From positions 1 to 64,000 of the IMG/VR virus record IMGVR_UViG_3300032050_000024: a DNA stretch of 64,000 bases; one strand, 5' to 3'. Both the position numbers and the translations under genes were made by a program. This DNA comes from a virus. Of the stretch, positions 1 through 8,207 are shown in pieces; position 1 is the first letter of the stretch; every line of letters begins with the position of its first letter. A model generated the notes under the pieces. That model made no database searches. It was not told the origin of the DNA and worked only from the letters and a program-made list of their open reading frames with translations.

Positions 1-9
1 ATTATGATA

Positions 10-2073
10 TTATTCTGCTAATTCCAAGAACTTTGCATTTACCGATTTGGATACTTCATTCATATTGGTTGGATTAATAAATTGTGCATCTACGCCATAC
101 ATTGCTTTAAAACTACGTCGAGAGCTGTCAGGTAAATATCCGCTATCATAAATAAAATATGAAATGATGTTAATGCCTAATTCTCGATATGTATTAATAA
201 CTTTTCGTGTAAATTCAACTCCATTGTATCTATATGCACAACCAGATACCGTTGTTGGTTCGCCATCTGAATAATTTATAAAAATACATTCATCGCCTTT
301 TGCATCTTTACGTATATCTGATTCAATACTTTTAAATGATAATCCTTCCGGTGTACATCCAAATGTAGTCAAATATTTGAACATTGTTCTAATTTTACTC
401 ATTTTATCTCGAGCTGAATCATATGCATATACGGTTACACAACGTTCTTTATTAGAATTAATATTACTAGTTCCTCGCAATGATATTTGAACTCGTATAC
501 CTGTTGTCATTGATGCTGCTTGTGCAACTGCAACTGCTGATGTAATTGCATTTGCAAATTTAGTACCGCTCATTGAACCTGAGGCATCAATTGAAATATG
601 AATAAAATAATTCTTAAATCTATCCGTTACAATTCTATGAAATACATTTACATTGTCATAACCTAATTGTGAAATTAAACGTCTATCAATTTTACCAGAC
701 TGCAATCTAGTAGATTTAAGACTTCGTTCTGAATCTCGTATTTGCAATTTTCTACCTAATTGTTTACCTAGAATAATACCTTTAGTAACCGCTTCATCTG
801 TTTCTCTAACACCTCTTACATTGTAAGAGTTAGATTCTAAATCTCGTTGATAATTTCTAGAACCATCTACGTAAACAACGCCGGCGAACAATTGCGGCAA
901 TGATTGAATGATTCCTGGTGTTAATTTTTTAATAACAATGGTATCAATTATATCAGCTGTGCCGGCTTCATTAGTTGCAACAGAACGGATTTCTGTTCCA
1001 GATTCTCGCATTGCATTAATAATATGCGATTGTTGCTTGGTAACTCGACCGTTTTTCTTTGTTTCTCCGTTTAAGAAATCTTTTTGCTTTTCAATAACTT
1101 CGTTAAGCTTTTTTAATTCCTTATCAGTTAAAGATGATGTTGATTCACTATCTTCGCCGCCGTCAGTCTCTTCATCAGATTCACTTTCATCAGACTCACT
1201 TTCATCATCAGATTCTCCCGATCCAAACCCAACGCCTGAACCTGTTTGTTGTTGTGTATTGTTTGAATTTCCTGGTTGAGGCTGTGCCGTTGCAACGGCT
1301 TTTTTGATTTCTTTGTATACTTCTAATGCTACTAACAAACAATCCGTTGTAGATGTCAAACGAGCAATGTTTTTCAAATCAATCAAAGACCAAATTTTTC
1401 TCAATGCAACTAATTCATCTAATTGTCTGTTAGGATTAGTAAAATTAATAATATGAAACATGTAATCATCCCAAGTTTCTTCTGTCTTTTCATGTTGTTG
1501 CAATGCTTTATCAATAACTTTGTCATTGAAATATTTGTTATACATTGCTTCATAGTATGCACGATAACCTGGAGCTGTTGTATAAATATAATAATCAATT
1601 CTACGATCTTCAATCCAATTTAACAAATCTTTGATAATATTGAAATCTGAACGAGTCATTGTCATATCCGGATCGGCGCCATTCAAACGAATAATATTTG
1701 CAAACTCTGTATTTTCAATGAACCCCGTATAAGTTTTGTTTGAACTTTTAAATAAATCAAAATTAGTTAAAGCAATATGCGAGCCTTCATGAAGTGCTAA
1801 CCCAACTGCAGGATCAAAATTCTTATCTTCTAATTTAGTTCCAATAACAACACGTTCTCCGTCAGTATAACTATTATCACTACTTTGAAATACAACTGGT
1901 ATTTGTTTGCCAGTAACAATATTAACAAAGTTACCAATTGCTCTTTGTGCAGCAGCTAATTTAGTTAAATCAACTCCGCCATGCTCGGTTTTAAAGTTAG
2001 TATCAAACTCTCTATCTAACCAAAAGCTAGATGCATAATATGTTGTCTTAGTTGGATTTTGTTTTTGTGACAT
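10..2073 (-). CDS. vWA-domain protein with N-terminal HExxH metallopeptidase-like domain (CobT-like partner of the MoxR ATPase)
   Basis: HEGSH motif, acidic linker, MIDAS DASGSMS and SDGEP. Start moved from 2127 to ATG at 2073 (MSQKQ) because a promoter lies at 2095-2123. Confidence 0.85.
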   Translation of the reverse strand: MSQKQNPTKTTYYASSFWLDREFDTNFKTEHGGVDLTKLAAAQRAIGNFVNIVTGKQIPVVFQSSDNSYTDGERVVIGTKLEDKNFDPAVGLALHEGSHIALTNFDLFKSSNKTYTGFIENTEFANIIRLNGADPDMTMTRSDFNIIKDLLNWIEDRRIDYYIYTTAPGYRAYYEAMYNKYFNDKVIDKALQQHEKTEETWDDYMFHIINFTNPNRQLDELVALRKIWSLIDLKNIARLTSTTDCLLVALEVYKEIKKAVATAQPQPGNSNNTQQQTGSGVGFGSGESDDESESDESESDEETDGGEDSESTSSLTDKELKKLNEVIEKQKDFLNGETKKNGRVTKQQSHIINAMRESGTEIRSVATNEAGTADIIDTIVIKKLTPGIIQSLPQLFAGVVYVDGSRNYQRDLESNSYNVRGVRETDEAVTKGIILGKQLGRKLQIRDSERSLKSTRLQSGKIDRRLISQLGYDNVNVFHRIVTDRFKNYFIHISIDASGSMSGTKFANAITSAVAVAQAASMTTGIRVQISLRGTSNINSNKERCVTVYAYDSARDKMSKIRTMFKYLTTFGCTPEGLSFKSIESDIRKDAKGDECIFINYSDGEPTTVSGCAYRYNGVEFTRKVINTYRELGINIISYFIYDSGYLPDSSRRSFKAMYGVDAQFINPTNMNEVSKSVNAKFLELAE

Positions 2074-2094
2074 ATCTTTAATTTTTATATAAAT

Positions 2095-2123
2095 AATATA
2101 AGAAATTATTTGCCAGTTTCCAA
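2095..2123 (-). promoter_or_regulatory. sigma70-like promoter TTGGAA-N17-TATATT
   Basis: Matches a motif found upstream of ten genes in the window. Confidence 0.65.
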
Positions 2124-2132
2124 GCAAAATAG

Positions 2133-2196
2133 AAAAAAAAGAAACAGATCACGCTGATTAACGAATGGTGATTTTTGCCGTAACTGTTTCCTTTTT
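2133..2196 (-). terminator. Structured intrinsic terminator-like element after the MoxR gene
   Basis: Minus strand GAAACAG...ATCAC...GTGAT-CTGTTTC followed by a T8 tract. Confidence 0.55.
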
Positions 2197-2209
2197 GAGC
2201 TATGAAAAA
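2197..2209. repeat. 13-bp inverted repeat, arm 1 (GAGCTATGAAAAA); partner at 3372-3384
   Basis: Exact reverse complement of TTTTTCATAGCTC at 3372-3384. Confidence 0.8.
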
Positions 2210-3379
2210 TTAAAATGGAATACCGTTGCCATCTTCTTCGCCTGTATTGAAGATGTCTTTCATTTCGGTAGCCATATGCTTTTGTACAATTTGTTTAACA
2301 AAGGTTCTTTCTGAGTCAGCACCGCCTGATGCATCAAAGAAAGGAAAGATTGCAACCTCAGCGGCTTCTGATAAAGAAAATCCGTCTGCCAATAATTCAC
2401 ATATTCTAACGGTCATCCTAGTAGATACCATTGTGGATAATTTACCTTCTTCTGATCTCCACTCCTTACGAGTTGCATCTGCAATGTCTGCTACTGCTTC
2501 AATCATACCACCTTTCACTGCCGGAAAGCGTTTGCAAAGCAAATTAATTTCTTGTTCTTTAGATAAGATGTCTACTTCGATAATTTCAAAACGATCCATC
2601 AAAGCTCTATCCAATACTCGGGTTGAAGTATACTCTGTACCAATGTTTGCTGTAGCAATAAAGGATACATTTTGTGCAACTTGAATTGTAGGAGAATTAA
2701 CATCTTCATCCAATCTCAAATAGCGTTGGCCTTCATCCAATACAGTCATTAAGATGTTCCATGCTTCTGGATGTGCTCTTGATAACTCATCTAGCAATAT
2801 GATTGCATCTTTGGTTTGAATTGCTTTTACAAATGCAGATTCATCAAAGGTTGTCTGGCCGTCTTTGAAATGGGTATTACCAATAAGGGTTGCTCTTGGA
2901 TCTTGAGTTGCACCCAAGTTAAAATAAAAGAATGGACGATCTGTTGCCTTAGGTAATTCTTTAGCCGCTTGTGTCTTACCACAACCTGCAGGACCAACCA
3001 TCATGATGTTCTTACCTCTAACTGCCGATCTAACCAAATACTTCCATTTGATATCAGACATTTCTAAGTTAGCTGGTTTAATCTTATGTGCATTATGAAT
3101 CAATGCTAACGTTGCATCCATTTCTTGTTTAGGCATAGTTTGTTCTGATTGTTCTATTATTGCTTCTACTATCAAATGTTCAATTTCACTTCTAGAAATT
3201 CTTCTAGCACGACCCGTTTCATAATCATATTCTAAGGCTTCACCATTATCTACCGCATGTTTTACCATAATGGGGCGGAACAATGATGTAATGTCATTAC
3301 CTGTGCCTACTTCAGAAATGTAAGGATTAGAATTTTCTGGCGTAAACATTACAACGCCAATTGTTTTTGTTTTTTTCAT
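2210..3379 (-). CDS. MoxR/CobS-like AAA+ ATPase
   Basis: Walker A GPAGCGKT, Walker B ILLDELSR, ATAN sensor, LDRALMDRF arginine finger; adjacent vWA gene. Confidence 0.9.
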   Translation of the reverse strand: MKKTKTIGVVMFTPENSNPYISEVGTGNDITSLFRPIMVKHAVDNGEALEYDYETGRARRISRSEIEHLIVEAIIEQSEQTMPKQEMDATLALIHNAHKIKPANLEMSDIKWKYLVRSAVRGKNIMMVGPAGCGKTQAAKELPKATDRPFFYFNLGATQDPRATLIGNTHFKDGQTTFDESAFVKAIQTKDAIILLDELSRAHPEAWNILMTVLDEGQRYLRLDEDVNSPTIQVAQNVSFIATANIGTEYTSTRVLDRALMDRFEIIEVDILSKEQEINLLCKRFPAVKGGMIEAVADIADATRKEWRSEEGKLSTMVSTRMTVRICELLADGFSLSEAAEVAIFPFFDASGGADSERTFVKQIVQKHMATEMKDIFNTGEEDGNGIPF

Positions 3380-3384
3380 AGCTC
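3372..3384. repeat. 13-bp inverted repeat, arm 2, overlapping the MoxR start codon
   Basis: TTTTTCATAGCTC, reverse complement of 2197-2209. Confidence 0.8.
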
Positions 3385-3398
3385 TTTTATTTTTCTAT

Positions 3399-3427
3399 AT
3401 TATATGAAATAAAGAGCTAACGTCCAA
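3399..3427 (-). promoter_or_regulatory. sigma70-like promoter TTGGAC-N17-TATAAT
   Basis: Canonical -10 box and 17-bp spacer, upstream of MoxR. Confidence 0.7.
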
Positions 3428-3893
3428 CCAATTGTGCATGTTTTTTATGCCGATGTAACAACCAAAGTCTATATAACATTAAATGTAAGTGATATGCACA
3501 AAGCAATTCAACACATATAATTTCGCCTATTAAAAAATCATGATAAGCAACGATGCCTCCAATAATCATTAACGCAGTATACCACGTAAATCTGTGTCCT
3601 AATGCAACAAACAATGTAGATACTATAAAAAAAGTAACAGCTAATATATTATGAAATACAGGCCATTCATGAAAATTAAATGCCGTTAACAATAAAAGAA
3701 GTATTGCTGAGAATTGCCAACGTTCCATGGAGAATAAAAAATATGATGTAACTGCATTCATGATAATGAATAAGGGTTGTGCCGGAGTATTCCAATAAGC
3801 ACTTAATGATTGTTCGTCACCAAATTGAATGATTAGAAATGGAAATGTAACTGCAATTAAAATAGACATCAATCTGGCAACTAGTTCACTCAT
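3417..3893 (-). CDS. Multi-pass membrane protein, function unknown
   Basis: About 5-6 hydrophobic segments; ATGA overlap with the upstream gene. Confidence 0.75.
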   Translation of the reverse strand: MSELVARLMSILIAVTFPFLIIQFGDEQSLSAYWNTPAQPLFIIMNAVTSYFLFSMERWQFSAILLLLLTAFNFHEWPVFHNILAVTFFIVSTLFVALGHRFTWYTALMIIGGIVAYHDFLIGEIICVELLCAYHLHLMLYRLWLLHRHKKHAQLVGR

Positions 3894-5173
3894 CGTAACA
3901 CCTTTCTTATAGTGCCATCGTCATAAACTTCAATAACTACACCTGGTGTATTGGCATCTACTTCTTGGCCTATTAAATTAATGTATCGTATAATTCTTTT
4001 CTGCGATAACCTATTATCCGATGCAATAGGACCGTAAATTTTATATGCACCATCTACATCATATTGCACTAATCGATAATAATTTATAACATGCTCTTTG
4101 TATATATGTAAATATGTATACGTTATTTTTTCTGCAGAATATCCCGCAGCAGGTTTAATTCCAATTGGTATCCAAGTTTCTCCATCCGTTGAGTGTTCAA
4201 CGACAAAGTTTAAAGAATTTGATTCAGAAGCGGTTGCCCAATTTAAAACGTTAAATAACGGATAATGTCGCGTTTCAAAATATAAAAGTTCTACCGGTAG
4301 TGGTGTTATCATGTTTGCTGTTGCTTGAAATCCCGTCCATGTTCCTATGTTTGATACATCTGTTTTTACTCGCAATGTTAATTCACCACCTGCAGATGTA
4401 GAAGTTATAGCTCCAGGAATAGTTGTGCCTGTATATGATCCGATCCTAGTTGATGAAGTAGTTGGCCCATCATATACAAACAATGTATCATATGCTGTTT
4501 CTAAACTAAATGCAGTAAATGTTAATTCTATTTTTTTAGTAGGATCCGAAGGTTGCAATACAAGAGTGTGATCCATACTGTTATTGTATGTTTCATTTGG
4601 CCCGCCCTGGTCAATGATTATGAATTGAGAACCAATTGTTTGTGTACAATTGCCAGTTAATGGAAAAGGTACCATATTGTTATCAGTTGAGTTAGTTGAC
4701 GTCCAAGTCATATCTTCAATATAACGTTCATGTGCACCGCTTGCTCTATTATCTCGCATTCTAACATATACATTAGTTAAACCCAATGCCCCTAAATTTA
4801 ATGTATATTGTTGATATGTTGCAGTAGCATTAGTTATAGTGCTTCGTGTAGTCCATGTTGCATTATCCGGAGATGTTTCTACAATTAAAGGCCAAGCCGT
4901 TGTGTTTGTGCTTCTTCTATACCAAAATGAAAATACGCTAGGAGATGCAAGTTGAGGTGTTCTTATCCAATCTCCAGCACCATTAAATGCAATAGCTCTA
5001 GCACCTATACGAGCACCATTTGTAGTAGATAACATGGAATTTGCAGCCCATGTTCCTCCTTGTGTTGGCAATGTAGTTGATCCAAAACTTTCAAATGCTT
5101 GATATGCATTACATTGACATAATGTAATATGTGTTGCTAGTAAAACCGTAATAAATAAAATAATTTTGTTCAT
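3890..5173 (-). CDS. Secreted CUB-domain protein with a T9SS-like C-terminal sorting region
   Basis: N-terminal signal peptide; CUB-like LTFTAFSLETAYDTLFVYDG; PLPVELLYF...LNWATASE...YYRLVQYDVDG module; terminal NLIGQEV...YDDGTIRKV. Confidence 0.75.
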   Translation of the reverse strand: MNKIILFITVLLATHITLCQCNAYQAFESFGSTTLPTQGGTWAANSMLSTTNGARIGARAIAFNGAGDWIRTPQLASPSVFSFWYRRSTNTTAWPLIVETSPDNATWTTRSTITNATATYQQYTLNLGALGLTNVYVRMRDNRASGAHERYIEDMTWTSTNSTDNNMVPFPLTGNCTQTIGSQFIIIDQGGPNETYNNSMDHTLVLQPSDPTKKIELTFTAFSLETAYDTLFVYDGPTTSSTRIGSYTGTTIPGAITSTSAGGELTLRVKTDVSNIGTWTGFQATANMITPLPVELLYFETRHYPLFNVLNWATASESNSLNFVVEHSTDGETWIPIGIKPAAGYSAEKITYTYLHIYKEHVINYYRLVQYDVDGAYKIYGPIASDNRLSQKRIIRYINLIGQEVDANTPGVVIEVYDDGTIRKVLR

Positions 5174-5190
5174 GATAGGTTGATTTATTA

Positions 5191-5198
5191 ATAAATAT
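5191..5198 (-). promoter_or_regulatory. Putative late promoter ATATTTAT inside a hairpin loop
   Basis: Recurrent intergenic motif, flanked by an imperfect inverted repeat (about 5175-5214). Confidence 0.55.
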
Positions 5199-5247
5199 AA
5201 AAATCATAACCTATTTCATAAAAAACTTAATATAAATTAGTATTTAC

Positions 5248-5370
5248 TTATGCCGTTTTATTATCGGTGCCTTTATGCTTAGTTTTTCTAGTATATTTTT
5301 TCTTGTTCTTTTGAACTATCGGACGTGTTGCTTGCCAAATTTCTTGCAATGTGACTTGAATCTTTTCCAT
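5248..5370 (-). CDS. Small basic protein, 40 aa (MEKIQVTLQEIWQATRPIVQKNKKKYTRKTKHKGTDNKTA); not in the ORF track
   Basis: Hand-translated; fills the intergenic gap on the coding strand; both promoter motifs lie directly upstream (5375-5406). Confidence 0.7.
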   Translation of the reverse strand: MEKIQVTLQEIWQATRPIVQKNKKKYTRKTKHKGTDNKTA

Positions 5371-5406
5371 ACAAATAAATATATGAAAACGTTTTCAAAA
5401 TTCAAA

Positions 5407-5850
5407 TCACCATTTTCTACAAGACCAATATCTAGCTTTCCATCTTGGCCCTGGAGTTTCACAACGATGTCTTGCTCTAAATGAACGCCTACGTGCTGGA
5501 TTGCTTTTACGGATTCTCATATTGGGGTCGCCAAAGTTGACCTTTACAACGTTGCCTTTGTCATTTTTAACGTAAACTTTGAATTTCTTAACATCGCCGC
5601 GCATTGGTTTACCCAATTGCACTTTGCGACCTTGATATTCTGCTTCATTAAGTCCTGGTTGAACCATTTCAATGAATTCAGGTTTATCTGTAGCGTATGC
5701 TTCTTTAATATATTCTACTAAGCATTGTTCACAAAAACCTTCTGCTTCGTTAATAGGAACACAATTAGGAACTTTCTTTTTCCCTTTCTTTTTCATTCCA
5801 ATCATTTCATATCCAGACCAACATGGATCTGATTCATCAATATACTGCAT
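5407..5850 (-). CDS. Basic modular phage protein, putative head/internal protein
   Basis: PCWSGY...VPNCVP and FGDP...RRRSFRARH..C...ARYWSC modules separated by INE/LNE sites. Confidence 0.7.
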   Translation of the reverse strand: MQYIDESDPCWSGYEMIGMKKKGKKKVPNCVPINEAEGFCEQCLVEYIKEAYATDKPEFIEMVQPGLNEAEYQGRKVQLGKPMRGDVKKFKVYVKNDKGNVVKVNFGDPNMRIRKSNPARRRSFRARHRCETPGPRWKARYWSCRKW

Positions 5851-6599
5851 TACAACTCCTGACGTATTGCTAATTTAGGGAGATATTCTCTCCATGTTTT
5901 TAATATATATTCTTTATCTTGATTTATCAATGTGCCGTTGTTAACCCATAAATCTAAATAATCATTTACTACTTGTTTAAACGGTTGTTTGCTTTTTTTA
6001 GCTTTGAAATATAAACCTTGTATCATTGCTGGGATTTCTTTTGGCAATGTAAAGTATCTTGCTGCCGGCATTTTACCAGATTCTATTTTTTTACGAAGAG
6101 CTTGATCTGATGCAATGTATTTTCCATCTATCGTATTCCAACCACTTTGCGTTGTATGTTCAATTTCATGACGAAGTATGTCTCGAAGATGCATTGCAAC
6201 ATCACTTAATATGCGAGGATAGTCTGCAGGATCCATTTCAAATCGTATTTCAATAAGCGGTGGTTCGGCTGAATCACGTGTTGTTGCATTGTATGCATCT
6301 CCACCGTATTTAAAATCATTGAGTCCTTCAACCCACATTACTTTGAATGCCAAATAAAATTCTACGGGAATAGTTGTATTTTCTACTTCTTCAAAATAGA
6401 TATGCGTAAATTCTGAATCATCATCAATATTAGGAACTGTTTCTCCTTGTTTGAAATAAATCTTTTGACCAGAGAAGATGCCAGTATAATCATCTACATT
6501 TTCATAACTATCTTTTATGATGCTTAGTAGTTTGTTTGATAGCGATGTTACTAAACTATCGTAACGACCTTCAACTATAAGATTCTTTAATGATATCAT
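5850..6599 (-). CDS. Putative zinc metallopeptidase with MISLKNLIVE leader
   Basis: HEIEH motif plus downstream EIPA glutamate; ATATTTAT at 6605-6612. Confidence 0.6.
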   Translation of the reverse strand: MISLKNLIVEGRYDSLVTSLSNKLLSIIKDSYENVDDYTGIFSGQKIYFKQGETVPNIDDDSEFTHIYFEEVENTTIPVEFYLAFKVMWVEGLNDFKYGGDAYNATTRDSAEPPLIEIRFEMDPADYPRILSDVAMHLRDILRHEIEHTTQSGWNTIDGKYIASDQALRKKIESGKMPAARYFTLPKEIPAMIQGLYFKAKKSKQPFKQVVNDYLDLWVNNGTLINQDKEYILKTWREYLPKLAIRQEL

Positions 6600-6611
6600 C
6601 TATAATAAATA

Positions 6612-7166
6612 TCACTCAAGCAAATTGTAATTCCAATATTTTTCTTTTTCTTGATTAAATGGATTACCGGTTTGCTGATAAAAACAATTGAGACAAAGCA
6701 TTTGCAAATTATCAACTTGATGATTTGTTTCATCTCCGTCAATATGATCTAAGAGTAATGGCACCGTATCATCTGTTATCCTACGTTCTGCATAACCGCA
6801 ACTTGAACATTCTTCTTTGAATATTCCTAATGCTAATAATCTGTTACGTAGCTTCCATGTTGGATATTGCGGATGCTTACCTTCAAGTATATTTGTTATG
6901 CTATAAATTCCTTTTGCAGCTTTTTGTACGTCTTTTGGAATTCCAACACCAAATTGATTTTTATGCAATTCATATAGTGTCTTACCAGTTTCTCTGTCAG
7001 TATATAAACGAGCATACTTTTTATATGTTGTAAAAGAAACTTTTAGAAAACGTGCAGCTTCTGCATTAGACTTTGTATTTTCCATTGCATAACGAATTTC
7101 GCTTTCAGGAATATCTAATGCAGTTTTGCCTAAACCATAAATGTATTTATACTGTTTGTCTTCCAT
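6612..7166 (-). CDS. HNH endonuclease-like protein with N-terminal HTH
   Basis: SNAEAARFLKVSFTTY HTH; CxxC; DHIDGDETN..DNLQMLCLNC. Confidence 0.75.
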   Translation of the reverse strand: MEDKQYKYIYGLGKTALDIPESEIRYAMENTKSNAEAARFLKVSFTTYKKYARLYTDRETGKTLYELHKNQFGVGIPKDVQKAAKGIYSITNILEGKHPQYPTWKLRNRLLALGIFKEECSSCGYAERRITDDTVPLLLDHIDGDETNHQVDNLQMLCLNCFYQQTGNPFNQEKEKYWNYNLLE

Positions 7167-7552
7167 TAATAAACACCGTGTTTTCTTAATTCTCGGGCAG
7201 CTGCTCTAGGAAATGTTTTTGATTCAAACAACCCTTTAACTGTTTCTTGTATTGGTTTTATGTATGAAGTAAATGTAGATGAATGCACTCCTGTATGTTG
7301 TTGTACTTCTAGTATCCATTTTGAATAGTGTGTATATTCTTCATCAAAGCGATCTGCATCTGTTCTTGATTCCCAATATTCCAATTGATCTTTCAAAGGC
7401 CATAAATCTATAGGAACGTTAGTATCTTTACGCCGTAATGGTAATAAAGCTTTATGAGCTTCTCGTTTATTGCTACGTGCAATAAATTTGTCCATGATGT
7501 TGATTGAACGATCCTTCGGAGATTCTCCGGTGTGAGCTGATTTTCTTCCCAT
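7166..7552 (-). CDS. Hypothetical protein
   Basis: 128-aa ORF tightly packed in the operon. Confidence 0.65.
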   Translation of the reverse strand: MGRKSAHTGESPKDRSINIMDKFIARSNKREAHKALLPLRRKDTNVPIDLWPLKDQLEYWESRTDADRFDEEYTHYSKWILEVQQHTGVHSSTFTSYIKPIQETVKGLFESKTFPRAAARELRKHGVY

Positions 7553-7738
7553 TTATTTTGATTTTTCTGTTAATATAACTATTTTACGCCAAGCATCTTC
7601 TGCTCGATATATATGCTGTTTAAATTTACCAATGTCTCTGTTAGTTCTTGCTTGTTCAGCTCTTTTCATATTGCGATGAAATTCGGCATGCAACATTGAA
7701 ATTCTAATACGAGTAAACCAATTAAATACTTTTTTCAT
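7553..7738 (-). CDS. Hypothetical protein
   Basis: 61-aa ORF abutting its neighbours. Confidence 0.6.
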   Translation of the reverse strand: MKKVFNWFTRIRISMLHAEFHRNMKRAEQARTNRDIGKFKQHIYRAEDAWRKIVILTEKSK

Positions 7739-7997
7739 GTTTTTCGACTGTTACTTTTAGACCTTCACTCTTTAAAAGTTTACGTACATTTTCACACGCA
7801 TCCCAACGATCTTTATATACAACACATCGTTTACGATTATGAGTGATTAAAGCACACTGATGTGCTTGAAATTGGTTATGTCCGCAAATATCTATCAAAC
7901 AATCAATTACATGTTCAAAAGTGTTTACTGAATCATCATGTAATGTTACTTGCCAAGTACCTCGATTATTTTTTGCCTTGGACTTTTGTTTTGACAT
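7722..7997 (-). CDS. clpS: ATP-dependent Clp protease adaptor ClpS
   Basis: LHDDSVNTFEHVIDCL..ICGH...QA.QCALITH signature; likely start MSKQK at 7997. Confidence 0.8.
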   Translation of the reverse strand: MSKQKSKAKNNRGTWQVTLHDDSVNTFEHVIDCLIDICGHNQFQAHQCALITHNRKRCVVYKDRWDACENVRKLLKSEGLKVTVEKHEKSI

Positions 7998-8172
7998 CTC
8001 TAATAATACTGCACTGTTCATACAATTCATTTTTTTCTCCATAACTTAATGCTTCATCTAAAAACATGATTTTTCTAGAATTATCCCAACTTTCTGGCCA
8101 TTTCCAATCTGTGCCGTTCATTGCATTGACTGAATCTATATATAATTTTATTATAAAATTTTCTGTAAACAT
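7966..8172 (-). CDS. Small protein with a UVR (UvrB/C)-like C-terminal motif
   Basis: EKNELYEQCSIIRD resembles the UVR consensus ExYExAxxxRD; promoter at 8178-8206. Confidence 0.55.
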   Translation of the reverse strand: MFTENFIIKLYIDSVNAMNGTDWKWPESWDNSRKIMFLDEALSYGEKNELYEQCSIIRDVKTKVQGKK

Positions 8173-8177
8173 AACTT

Positions 8178-8206
8178 ATAATATAAAATGATATGTAAAT
8201 ATCCAA
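8178..8206 (-). promoter_or_regulatory. sigma70-like promoter TTGGAT-N17-TATTAT; ATG 5 nt downstream
   Basis: Recurrent motif. Confidence 0.55.
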
Positions 8207-8207
8207 A

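Noticed and set aside
1168-1215. Short tandem repeat (TCATCAGA(T/C)TCACTT-like units)
   Set aside because: Encodes the acidic ESDDESESDESESDEE linker of the vWA protein; no spacers, so not CRISPR.
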